DNA of 64,000 nt, taken from Callorhinchus milii. Its lineage: Eukaryota. The stretch lies in NCBI RefSeq assembly GCF_018977255.1, contig NW_024704756.1, positions 14,014,001 to 14,078,000 of the forward strand, given 5' to 3'. The position numbers and the translations under genes are program-made. The first letter of the stretch is position 1. Every line of letters begins with the position of its first letter. Below the pieces are notes generated by a model. It was not told the DNA's origin. It did no database searches and saw only the letters and a list, made by a program, of their open reading frames with translations. Below, piece by piece: positions 25,867 through 37,060 of this stretch.

Positions 25867-26059
25867 CATAGTAGTTGCAAAGTTTTCCAAATATATGGAC
25901 AACGCAGCTTCCACAGCTCCACCTCCAGGTACAACAAACTTGGATTCCAATATTTTCTTTACCACATTTATGGCATCGTTAACAGAACGTTCCAGTTCAT
26001 CACATACAAAATCATTGGCTCCATGCAGAATGAGGGAGGATGCAGTTCTTGCTTTAGGA
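25867..26059 (-). CDS. TCP1: TCP1-like exon 10
   Basis: PKARTASSLILHGANDFVCDELERSVNDAINVVKKILESKFVVPGGGAVEAALSIYLENFATTM; 193 bp. Confidence 0.94.
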
Positions 26060-26601
26060 CTTGCAAAGAATAAACTAAGGTCAGTGGGTATGAAAGGTAA
26101 AATACAAATTAGTAACTGGTTAAAGGGAATAAAACAGTAGTTGTAAACTGGCAATATACACTGTGAGGAAGTGAAACAGGTGCTATTGCGGGGGAAGGTG
26201 GTCTACAATGTGTGTGCTTCATCATAACAGCTGATAAGGGTAATGGTACCTGCACATTTATAAAACTTCTTCATCTAGGACAGTATTTACTATTGGGGCT
26301 TTAGCTCAAAAGCTTAAGAACAAGTCTTCTCTACAAATCCCTATGGTCAATCACAAAATCCCTATGGTCAATCACAATAGTGCTTTGAATTACTAAAACT
26401 TTTCATATCGGATTCCTCAGAGCTATTTCAACCAAGTAATGGCATTCATTATATTGAGATTACAAGGATGAAAGTGTCAATAGACACCAAAGCCTTCTGG
26501 TCTAGAGTTGTGTGCTCTGGATGTTACAAAGCATTCAGGCGGGGGTGGGAGAATAGAAAAGAAAGAGGAAATAGAGTTTCATTACAAAACAAGATGCTTA
26601 C

Positions 26602-26722
26602 TTTTTGATCAGAATTATATTACGACTATCACTTTCTTGCACAACTTCTTCTGCTTGACCCAGCATTGATGCATCAAAGGTCTCCTCTCCCTCAAGATTA
26701 ACTAAAGATGAGCAGATTGTAG
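26602..26722 (-). CDS. TCP1: TCP1-like exon 9
   Basis: TICSSLVNLEGEETFDASMLGQAEEVVQESDSRNIILIK; 121 bp, one codon shorter than the recalled human exon. Confidence 0.93.
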
Positions 26723-27417
26723 CTGTACAGACAATTGGTTGGTTACAGAGTTATTATGATTAACAAACATCTACTTGTTTTCTTTAATTTAAATTTAGTT
26801 AGCTTCATCTTAACTTAAATTTAACTTCACCCACTAACATTTGAAAATTGTAGATAGTATTTTTTAAATTATAGCCTAGACTTGGAGAACAGACATCCCC
26901 ACATCAATCCTGGCTACATTCTTGGCCTATTAATCATATACAATGACATCATACTAGTCATTAAATTGCAATATCATTGTATTGGAAAAGATTGTCTGAT
27001 GCAGACACTAATCAAAGTTCACACAGAAAATGAACTGACCGCTGAAGCTATTACAAGACCAAAATGCTAGCTGCAGGGTGGTGCAGCAGGTGAGACACTG
27101 GTTTCTCAGCTCTGAAACCAGGATCCGAAGATATTAATCCATGTATTTGCATTTGATAATGAAAATCTGACCAATGAAAATCTTTTGGCTACAAGGGCCC
27201 AATGAATGTCTCAAATGGACTCATAGCAGAAACCACCTGGTTAGTGGTACCTCTGTCTACCAGACTATTGGGTCAACCTGGAACTTTAAACTTGATTATG
27301 AAGGCTATCCAATGGGCAATTGTGTCAGGCATATTTTATAACCTAATTTAAACTGATTATCATTCTTATGATTATAAAGAGATTGGAATAATTACTTACA
27401 CAGATAAGCTCATTTAC

Positions 27418-27593
27418 CTCCAGTTGCCTTAGCAATTCTCATCAGGTGTTTTTTTTCCACATGTTTTATAGCCATTGCACCTACATCAACAAAATATTTA
27501 AGGCACATATCATCAATTCCGCCAGTGGCCACAAGTACATTTGTTCCTGCAGCCAAAATCTTTTGAATACGTTCCTTTGTGATATCATATTCT
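27418..27593 (-). CDS. TCP1: TCP1-like exon 8
   Basis: EYDITKERIQKILAAGTNVLVATGGIDDMCLKYFVDVGAMAIKHVEKKHLMRIAKATG; 176 bp. Confidence 0.94.
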
Positions 27594-27827
27594 CTGCAAC
27601 ACAAAATAAATGCAATTTGTATAATTGTGGAAATGAAACGTCATTAAAAAAAAGTTGAAGACAACTCGTGTGTGCCAGCAAAATATCCCCACACAGCACT
27701 GATTGGAATAAAATAAGTCTAATTCCAGACTGATAAACATATGTAGCTGCAAAACATAAAACTAGCTATTTTACAAACAAATGTCATAACATTTCTTAAG
27801 TTCCATCATCGGTTGTTAAAGTCTTAC

Positions 27828-27954
27828 CTCTGCTGAATTAACTTGACTTTTGAAGGGTCTGTGATCAGAATTTGTACTCCAAGTTTCATCTTTACCTTCT
27901 GTAGACTGAAATCCAAACAAGCAATCTTTGCATTGACAATTCGTTTGGTCATTG
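27828..27954 (-). CDS. TCP1: TCP1-like exon 7
   Basis: MTKRIVNAKIACLDFSLQKVKMKLGVQILITDPSKVKLIQQR; 127 bp. Confidence 0.93.
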
Positions 27955-29078
27955 CTTTTAACAGAAAAAAGATAAGTACACTTTAAAATTCTGCAATGTT
28001 CTCATTGGAATTTAAAAACGTTAGGCAGTCATCTCGACTCTCTTCAAATTGATTACCTTTCTAATCACAGATCATGTCAAATAGACCTATTTATCTTCCC
28101 AAAGAAACACACTTAAAGGCAACCGGTTCCATAAAGAAAATTACAAAAAAATGTATGATTAACTGATGATTTCAATGTACTAGGTTCTAATTATACAATA
28201 AGTAATATCAGTGCTTAGTGTGATCAGGAAAGCATAACAAGAATAGTAAGCAATGAACAAGATTGGGACCAATTAAGCAGGTGGGATAAGAAGTAGCAGA
28301 TGGATCTTAAATCATAACAGAACCAGATAACACAGGTTTAAATTTAAAAGGTCTCAAGTGGAATGACAGATTAGATTTTTTTTCTCTAACAAAGAATACT
28401 AGATATGTTGAACAAAAAACATACAATGTTGATTAACTCCTTTGGAAAAGAACTGAATAAATATCTGTTTGGGAAACTATCAGTGGACACTTCTTGCATA
28501 ATTGAGTCAGTTTCAGTGCATGTCTTGGATATGTAGACCAACCTCTCAAATACAGATTATGTATAGCATACATTAGTGTTTCTCTAAGACTGAAGACCAG
28601 GAATGGTACATGATAACCTCATAGATGATCCTCATCAGATTTCTCTTTAGAATGAATGACCGAACAAGCTAATTTACTAATTAAGGTTAAGTCACATTTT
28701 TAAAAGAAACCTAGACAGCAGTTACTGTTATCAAAATGGTTGAGAAACACTGGAGTAGGTTAACTACTGGAAGAAATATACCTTAAAAGGACAGCCCCCC
28801 TACTCCCAACCGCCAAAAATAAAAATAGCACTCTACAAAAAGATTACATACATATCATTCCCTCCCCCTTGATACTAAATGTATCGGACATCATGAAGCT
28901 CCTGTTATATTCCATCTTAAAGTTTTATAGTTCTATTAGTTATATAAGATAATACACTAAAACTCTCCCAAATTGTAGTCAAACATTAGTATATAGTCCT
29001 CAAACTATCAGAAGGAAAATATGTCTTTTAATAATGACTTAAACTTGCAAAATAAGTTTTGAACAAATCTGGAATTAC

Positions 29079-29260
29079 CTTGAGCACCCACCACAGCATT
29101 CAGGGCATATCCATTTATCAAAGTGCTTTCTCTCTGGCTACGTCCATGTGCCTTTAGCACATTAATAGAATTAGTAGAATAGCAAGTCTGCCCCTTGTTA
29201 TCAGTAAATCTCACTGCCATAACCGCCTCAACCACCATGTTTGCAAAGAGATCTGAGTCA
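29079..29260 (-). CDS. TCP1: TCP1-like exon 6
   Basis: Preceded by AC acceptor; [60 protein letters not shown]; 182 bp. Confidence 0.93.
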
Positions 29261-29754
29261 GTAAATCCATTAAGGCAAATACAAATCACTGTGTTTACGA
29301 TGGACAATATCATAGATCAGTATTACATCAGCGTGTTAACTTTATTCCTCTTTAAATTACCCAGAGTACAATATAAGTATTAATAGAATGTTTGAGAATC
29401 AGTTACTCGAACATAAATTAATGAATAAACCGTTAATCAAAGTACCATTTTAGAAAATCATAATTACAACTGAACTTTTACTTTAATATTCTTTTGTTTC
29501 TTTATCTGTTGCTTTAAAAATATGTTTAAAATTATGTGCTGATAACATTTGTGTATTAATATAAGAATGCGAACGATTTGGGCAAAGGTACTGTTCAAAC
29601 TCAAAGTTAAATGACTGACATCTCCTACTATCCGTCTTCCCATGTCTTATAAACTAGTAACACGATTAATATCAATAACACTAAAGTGTACATATTTATC
29701 CAAACATAAAAGCTGCAGGTAACAATTACCATTTTGTTTCACAGAAAAGGATAT
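29261..29754 (-). other. U12-type (minor spliceosome) AT-AC intron, intron 5 of the TCP1-like gene
   Basis: 5' end ATATCCTTTT; 3' end gCCTTAATggatttAC; only these boundaries keep the reading frame KIIGI-DSDLFAN. Confidence 0.93.
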
Positions 29755-29865
29755 ATTCCAATTATCTTGGAAGACATTGATGTCTTAGCTGCATTAACAA
29801 TACATTCTCTTCCTAATTCATCAGCACTGATTGTCAAATTTTCATTAATATATCGGACAGCTTCT
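29755..29865 (-). CDS. TCP1: TCP1-like exon 5
   Basis: [37 protein letters not shown]; ends at U12 donor |ATATCCTTT; 111 bp. Confidence 0.93.
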
Positions 29866-30276
29866 CTGAGAAGACACAAAAGCCAGAGAATTCAACTAAT
29901 ATCATTTAGACGTGTATGATGGTTTTGATCTTACATTTGCTTCATCTAATTGCCAAACAGGATAAATTTGACAAGACTTGAAATTCACCAGCCCTAGCAT
30001 GGTGAAATAACAGGTCAGTCTTAAAACACAAGTTTACTTTGTCATTTACACTGCACATTGGAGCACTTTACAATCACTTGACCTGCTGACATGAAGCCCC
30101 AATGGATAACCGTGGCTTGGAAGAGACTCCCTGTATATCAGCCCTCAAATATTTTGCCTGGGGCTTCAAAAGGCCCAATTTTTTTCAATTCAAATGTATG
30201 TATTTACTGCTTGAAAATTACCTCAGTTCTACATCCTCTAATGGGCTAAGGAAAGAAAGACAAACGTGTAACTTAC

Positions 30277-30374
30277 TTGCAAGCCAATTGATATCCAATG
30301 ATAATACAATTGGGATGAATTTTCTGTGCAACTAAATCTTCTGCATTCTTCAGGAGGTCTCCAGCAATAATAAC
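30277..30374 (-). CDS. TCP1: TCP1-like exon 4
   Basis: VIIAGDLLKNAEDLVAQKIHPNCIIIGYQLACK; 98 bp. Confidence 0.93.
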
Positions 30375-30706
30375 CTATCGATTAAAGTTTCAAGTCTCAA
30401 AGTTACACGTTCTAAGTTTAGAAACCCTTGAATATTATTTATTTGTTTTGTTTTAATAAAACATATACAATTCAAATAGTTCTAGAGAGTGGAACATTTT
30501 GTACTACATTTTGTAATACAAATACCGTTATGAACATCTCCAAGTCTCCACACGTTACGGTAAATCCTGTCAAGTGCTTTGAGATGTCTTGACCATGGGA
30601 TACAATGCTATACAATGCTCAAATGCAAGGATTATTATTGTTATATTTACTTTTTTAAATTGGAACACATTTCTCTGCAACCCCCCCCCCCAAAAAAAAA
30701 ACTTAC

Positions 30707-30835
30707 CACGGATGTGGTGCCATCTCCAACCTCTCTATCCTGGAGCTGTGCTAACTCGCACAAAATCTTTGCAGCAGGATGCTCCACATCTAGTAGTTTA
30801 ACAATTGTTGCTCCATCGTTTGTAATAGTAACATT
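30707..30835 (-). CDS. TCP1: TCP1-like exon 3 (ATP-binding GDGTTS)
   Basis: [43 protein letters not shown]; 129 bp. Confidence 0.95.
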
Positions 30836-30974
30836 CTTGGAAGAATCAAATATTAATGAAATTCATAGGTTGCTGATACAATTTCAAAAGTGCTTCTGAT
30901 TGGAAAATATAATTATATTGTAAAAAAAGCACTAACCAGTTCTCAACTGGGGCGAGAAAAAGGAAGGAACTTAC

Positions 30975-31060
30975 CCCAGAAGTATCTACAAGCATTTTAT
31001 CCAATCCCATTGGTCCAAGGGAACTTTTTAATACATTGGAAATAGATACTGCTGCAATAA
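30975..31060 (-). CDS. TCP1: TCP1-like exon 2
   Basis: IAAVSISNVLKSSLGPMGLDKMLVDTSG; AG/GT boundaries; 86 bp. Confidence 0.93.
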
Positions 31061-31879
31061 CTGAAATTTAAAATGGTTGGTAATTTAGAATTTACCACGT
31101 GTGACAGAAATATCAGGATTTGTGGTCCCATCAATTACATTTCATAGGGCTCAAAGAGGCACTAAGACAATCTGACCTTGAATTTGAAATGACTACTGAA
31201 CACAGCATTGAACATCAATACTGATTCAATAATTATACCAAGGAACTATCTTAAGCAGTCTGACATCACTATTCTGGCACAAAATACCACCAATCTCTTC
31301 CTGTGATTTAACAACTGAGGGAGAAGCAAAGTTGACTCCACTCACCAAAATCTCCAATCTGTTTATGTGTCATCATATCTTTTGGAGGAATCACAAACCC
31401 TGTACTTACAATACATGCTTCCCGCTAGTCTGATACCTTCCAGAACATCATCACTCCTCCTTTTCACACCAAACTACTTTTACCAAAAAAAGCATAATCC
31501 ACTTACATCACTCAAGATGTGGAACATCTGTATGCTGTCAAGTTACACGGATCTCATGAAATACCGGGATAGCAAAAAAAAAGTTGTTGGTGCCATTAGC
31601 CTTAAATTTCGAAAAGGGTTTTGGCTGGGATGCTGCAAGATGAAATATTGTACGGCAACCTTTTATCGCCATAAAAAAAAAACCCCTCTTCGTAAGTTAG
31701 GACTTGCACTTTCTGACACCCTTTATATTCTGACCTCATAACATTTCTTAGCGAAAAAAAAAGGTCCCAACTGCACATTGTTTGGACCGAACACTTGCTG
31801 CCCGTTGCCGTAGTTCTCTTAAAAGTCTAGACTTGCCACTGGGGGAAGAAGCACTGCAAATAAAAATAAAAAAAAATAC

Positions 31880-32060
31880 AATAATAAATTGGGTCACTTC
31901 AGTCCACGACTGTTTGCGGGACGCTGCGGTGCACAATCGGCTGCCGCGTTTCGCCCGCGAACATACGGTCAATTCCCTTCGCGGCCATGTTCTGTGAAGC
32001 GCTTTGAGACGTCTCGAAGACGTGAAAAGGCGCTGTATCGAACGCAAGGATTATTATTAA
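31880..32060 (+). mobile_element. SINE 3' half in TCP1-like intron 1
   Basis: Match to SINE body and tail. Confidence 0.8.
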
Positions 32061-32365
32061 TATCATTATCGTTGTCGTCAAGCGATGGGTGCCCTTCAGG
32101 CGAAGGCATGTGTTTAAATCAATGTCCTGCGAAACGTCTGGAAAAAAAGGGGCTTCGGTTCTTTCTCCCTGGACTTTCCCCGAGAGAGATTCGGGTGAAG
32201 AACACCCCACCGCCTGCCCCCCGGGGCCTCCTGTCAGCCTTCCGGAAGAACCCACCAGAAAGCCGCCGTTTAATTTATTGATCGATCGATTGATTGATTG
32301 ATTGATTGATTTGGTGGGAATTGCGTTCGACGCGTCCGAAGCTTTTCGAGTGAGTTCACACGCAC

Positions 32366-32471
32366 CGTTTTGAGTGCGGACCGACTGCCCGAACTCTCTC
32401 TGACCGTGGAATAGGAAAGGGCCGCGGGCCTGAGACGACGACGACGCCGCCACCGCCGCCGCCACCATCAT
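32366..32471 (-). CDS. TCP1: TCP1-like (CCT-alpha paralogue) exon 1
   Basis: MMVAAAVAASSSSQARGPFLFHGQREFGQSVRTQN then G|GTGCGT; the second half matches the TCP1 N-terminus (recalled GPLSVFGDRSTGETIRSQN); lies in a CpG island. Confidence 0.85.
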
Positions 32472-32751
32472 CGTCGTCGTCGTGTTCGTCTTCGTCCCAC
32501 CCGCCCCTCGGCTCGACCGACAAACAGCCAGACAGCGCACGCGCACCTCTTGCGTTCTCTCCTCCCCCCGCCCCCCCCGCGCGAGCGTGCGCGCACGCCA
32601 ACGACCGTTATTATTTAAAAAGACGGACTAGACCAATCGGAGCGCACAGAGCTGCGGCGCGCGCGAAAAAGAGAGCGCGAGAGAGAGTCAACTTAGGCGA
32701 CGGCGTGGGAGCGCGTGAGGCTTCAGGGCGGCCGCGAGGGGACCCGAGAGT

Positions 32752-33660
32752 CTGTCAGACTGGAGAGGACTCAGCACCGCCCCCCACCCACCCCCAACAG
32801 CCTGAGTGTGTGTCTGTCAGTCAGACTGGAGAGAACCCCCCCCCACCCCCCCCAACAGCTTGAGTGTGTGTGTGTGTCAGACTGGAGACCCCCCCCCCCC
32901 CAACGGCTTGTGTGTGTGTGTGTCAGACTGGAGAGAACCCCCCCCCCCACCCACTTGAGTGTGTGTGTGTGTGTCAGACTGGAGACCCCCCCAACAGCTT
33001 GAGTGTGTGTGTGTCAGACTGGAGACCCCCCCCCCAACAGCTTGAGTGTGTGTGTGTCAGACTGGAGACCCCCCCCCCCAACAGCTTGAGTGTGTGTGTG
33101 TGTCAGACTGGAGACCCCCCCCAACAGCTTGAGTGTGTGTGTGTGTCAGACTGGAGACCCCCCCCAACAGCTTGAGTGTGTGTGTGTGTCAGACTGGAGA
33201 CCCCCCCCAACAGCTTGAGTGTGTGTCAGACTGGAGACCCCTCCCAACAGCTTGAGTGTGTGTGTGTCAGACTGGAGACCCCTCCCAACAGCTTGAGTGT
33301 GTGTGTGTGTCAGACTGGAGACCCCCCCCCCCCCAACAGCTTGAGTGTGTGTGTGTCAGACTGGAGACCCCCCCCCAACAGCTTGAGTGTGTGTGTGTCA
33401 GACTGGAGACCCCTCCCAACAGCTTGAGTGTGTGTGTGTGTCAGACTGGAGAGGACCCCCCAACAGCTTGAGTGTGTGTGTGTCAGACTGGAGAGGACCC
33501 CCAACAGCTTGAGTGTGTGTGTGTGTGTGTCAGACTGGAGACCCCCCCTCCCAACAGCTTGAGTGTGTGTGTGTGTGTGTCAGACTGGAGACCCCCCCCA
33601 ACAGCTTGAGTGTGTGTGTGTGTGTGTCAGACTGGAGAGGACCCCCAACAGCCCGAGTGT
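32752..33660. repeat. Minisatellite, 20 copies of GTCAGACTGGAGA-(C)n-AACAGCTTGA-(GT)n
   Basis: Counted 20 CAGACTGGAG cores; unit about 40 bp with variable C and GT runs. Confidence 0.95.
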
Positions 33661-36600
33661 TTCCCTGTTACACTGGGTGACGGGGGGGGGGGGGAGCCTC
33701 TTGACCCCAAACGACGTGAGTCTGAATGATTAACCAGGACTGAAGCCTGTTCAGAGACATTGACACACACCAACGCTGTTGGATCAAGATGTTTCCCTTC
33801 TGCCAGAAGCCTTTCCCCAGTCATCACTGACCTCCCCGAAATGACTTGTCGGCGCTTCCCGATCTCCCGAGGCCAATTGTAAGTATCCTGGACTACAGTT
33901 CATCCATCCCAGGGCAATGTTTTCCAGCTTCTTAATGTCCTCCCAGACTCATCCCCTTGTTCAGACCTCACATGAATTACGATGACCACTCGGGGACAAC
34001 TTGTTGTTTTTATCCTTCCAAGTGGGTAAGGAAACCTCTCCAGCCAAGTCGTTTAAATTTGTTTAAATCTGAGCTGTTAGCCCTCATGTTCAAGTCCCTT
34101 TGGGTTTAACTTCCTTTTGCTATTCCATTGCTTATAATTTTTTTGGGGGGTGATATTTTGCTTCCAATGTGATGGCCTAGTTTTACTATCTGGGCCTTTC
34201 TTACAATAATTCTCGCGTTTGATGCAACTCCTATAATGCAAAATGTCTTTAAGTACTTCAAAGGGAATTGCTCTCAGGTGCAGTGGCTATGTTAGTTAGA
34301 CATGCCCTGTTTTGAATGGAGTCAAATCAATTTAATACATTCCAGCACGGAATTTAGGTCATTTATTTAGCCCAACCAGTCCCATTTGCTAATGTTTATA
34401 CGAGCCTCGAACCTCTCCAAAAAGTTAAATAAAATAGTTTTAAAATTAAAGCATACGTTAGTTCTCCTCTCCCCTTAAAAAAGGATGTAGGACGTACATT
34501 AATTTATTTTCTTACCACTCCCTAATTTGGAAACACAATATTCATGGAATCATTGCCATATATTTGTTTCAACATCAGGGGGCGCCTTGTGTTAGCTTTT
34601 AAGATTTTTTTTTAGTAAGAAGCATTCCGACCTGTGCCTTCAGGAATGAAGTCTAGGAATCGATCTAATCAGGGAAAACGGTAGTAAATGTTTATTAAAT
34701 TCATATGACGAATTCTGATTTTATCATTCACGATCAAGAACTGCTCACTGGAAGATACTACCTTAGACAGGGGAACTTGCCTTGCTGTGCATGAATTGAC
34801 TGCTGGATTTTCCGACAGTACAACGTATCCTGCCATGCCCTTTGAAACAACTGCCTGATGTGAAACATGCCATATTTTCAATTCCAGAAGAAAGCAAATT
34901 AGTTATTTTAAAGCATGCACAATTCAACACACATACAATCCTGTTACACCTAGTAACCCGAAAAGATCAACATCACATCACAAAATTATTTTTGTTCTTA
35001 CTGCATCTAGGCTAACAGGAAGATCATTTAATAATCCACCTACTACAACAGGACATTAATAACTACGAATACACCTACACATGATGGAGTTTTGGTTACA
35101 TTGTGGTGGGTGTTTAAAACTTTCATGAAATAATTTTTCTTGTTAGATTGCCTCAACTGTAGATACAAGTTCATGTTTCTGTGAAATGACATTTGGTAAA
35201 TTCGAAATCTCACTCAGAGGGACAACACAATGACAAAGTGGGAAGTGGAAAATGTTAAAACTGTTGCAGTCTGGTTTTTTGAGTTTTGGTATTGTAGAGA
35301 TTGGGGCATAGTATCTAAACCTGACCTAAGATTGCATGGTGTTGATATCAAAAGCCCGAAATGGAAAAGTTACACTTCCTAGAACTTAGCCCTTAGCTAG
35401 TCTTAGCTTCAGTTGTACCTTTTAAACTGTTCCTTATCTTAAATTGAAGAATAATACAGCTTCAACTATTCTAATACTTGAATGTATATTGTAATTGACA
35501 GTCAATTGCAAATCAAATCAGATTTATTGGAGAGGCGCAATCACTGTTCCACATTACAAAGCTGAGTGTTCCAAAAACAAGCTTTGTTGCCTTCTGAGTG
35601 GGGAATTCTCTCTTGAAACATTATGATGATATCTTTAGAGTTTACCTAAACAGGCAGACGAGTATTCAGAACAGGTAGATTTAAAACAACCTTGGAACAG
35701 TCACAGAATAAATGAACCATGGACCCCACCTTATTGCAGCAGCAAATCACTCCTAATTATTTCTGTGGTATCTTATAGTTCTGCTCAATATTTGTTGAAC
35801 ATCCATATCTCATCCTAGGGTGAAATTCACACCTCTGCCAACTTTTGGTTTTGTGCTGAAGTTGCAATTCATCAATCTTTCGAGTGTAATATAATTACAT
35901 TTTGCATGCATTTCTTTCTGCGGGATGAGAGGAATATATACATTGAGTACTTAACTAATGAAACGTAACATGGTTCAGAAAATTGTATTTTCTCACTGTT
36001 TAAATAATGTTCACTAAAATGACAAGTGACAATTCAGTTCAATACATATTTTAACTCATACTTTGGGGACAGTGTAAGTGGAGGATTTGTATTGTGCACC
36101 TGCATTTCAGAAATCTCTGGCTTGCTTTCTCGTAGCCCATTTCAATCTGTTCAAGTTTATCTGTGCCTGAAGGAACCACCAGGGTCAATTTTTCATACCG
36201 TGTATATATCATCATAGTTCTCTACCAAGGTATACAAACTGTATGCTCGCAATTCTTGGCATTACATTATTAAGATCACATTAAACCAAGTCTCATTATT
36301 CTCTACACATTCTTTGGTTTTAGTTTCCCCTGAAATATGTTAAAAAGTCTATTTTTTGTGTTCTGCTGAAATGAAATAATGTGCATGTGAGGCTTCATGC
36401 AAATAAGAAAATCACGTCTTCAAAACTACTTGAGCCCTAACTACAATCCGTGCAGATTTTGATGTGCATTTCAAAATAACAAGCGTTACTCATTTAAATA
36501 TTACTGATAAAGCAGTTATGGTAATTTACTTCAACAGAATATTGAATAAGTTGTTCCTTATGTAAGCATAACATTCAGATATAATGAGACATTCAGGACA

Positions 36601-36699
36601 GATTAAATTTATCAATCTCTGACTACTGGACTTGTATGTAAAATTGTGCCATTTTTCTATTCATTGGTTCTGCCGCGGTGTTAAATTGGCTTGATGTGT

Positions 36700-37060
36700 A
36701 GCATTTTAGTCTTGGTTGGAAACATGGGGTTCAAGGCCTAGGTCAGTGCTTTTGAGATTTAGGCTGACACTGGTGCATTGTTGGAGACACCATCCTTTAG
36801 CAGAGTTAAAGTGTGTCTGTTCAATTGGATGTTAAGGAGCCCAGGTTACTTTTGGCAAAGAAAAGGTAGTTTCTCCTGGTGTCATGGCCAACAAATCCTT
36901 AAGTTAAATTAGTCATTCACCTTGTTATTTGTGGGACATTGCTGTGTGCAAATTGGCTGCGACATTTGCCTTAAATACAGTCACTACAATAATTACTGTG
37001 AAACGTTCTGAAGATGTTTTGACGTGATAAGGTGCAAGGTCAAATCTAAGGTTTATTATT
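36700..37060 (+). mobile_element. Old DeuSINE-like element
   Basis: Degenerate Deu core plus GTGGGACATTGCTGTGTGCAAATTGGCTGC and tail. Confidence 0.6.

Larger units (their letters stand above)
31880..32750. promoter_or_regulatory. CpG island / promoter of the TCP1-like gene
   Basis: Dense CpG around exon 1; GC box and TGCGCGCA (NRF1-like) near 32565-32596; ACCAATC near 32632. Confidence 0.65.

Noticed and set aside
26336..26377. Tandem duplication of about 21 bp (aaatccctatggtcaatcaca) in TCP1-like intron 9
   Set aside because: Ordinary slippage duplication with no sign of function.
24551..32471. Intronic H/ACA snoRNAs hosted by human TCP1 (SNORA20, SNORA29)
   Set aside because: I could not recognise either in these introns by eye; an Infernal search is needed.
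32752..33660. CRISPR-like repeat/spacer appearance
   Set aside because: Vertebrate DNA; the spacers are homopolymer or dinucleotide runs, not unique sequences; no cas genes.
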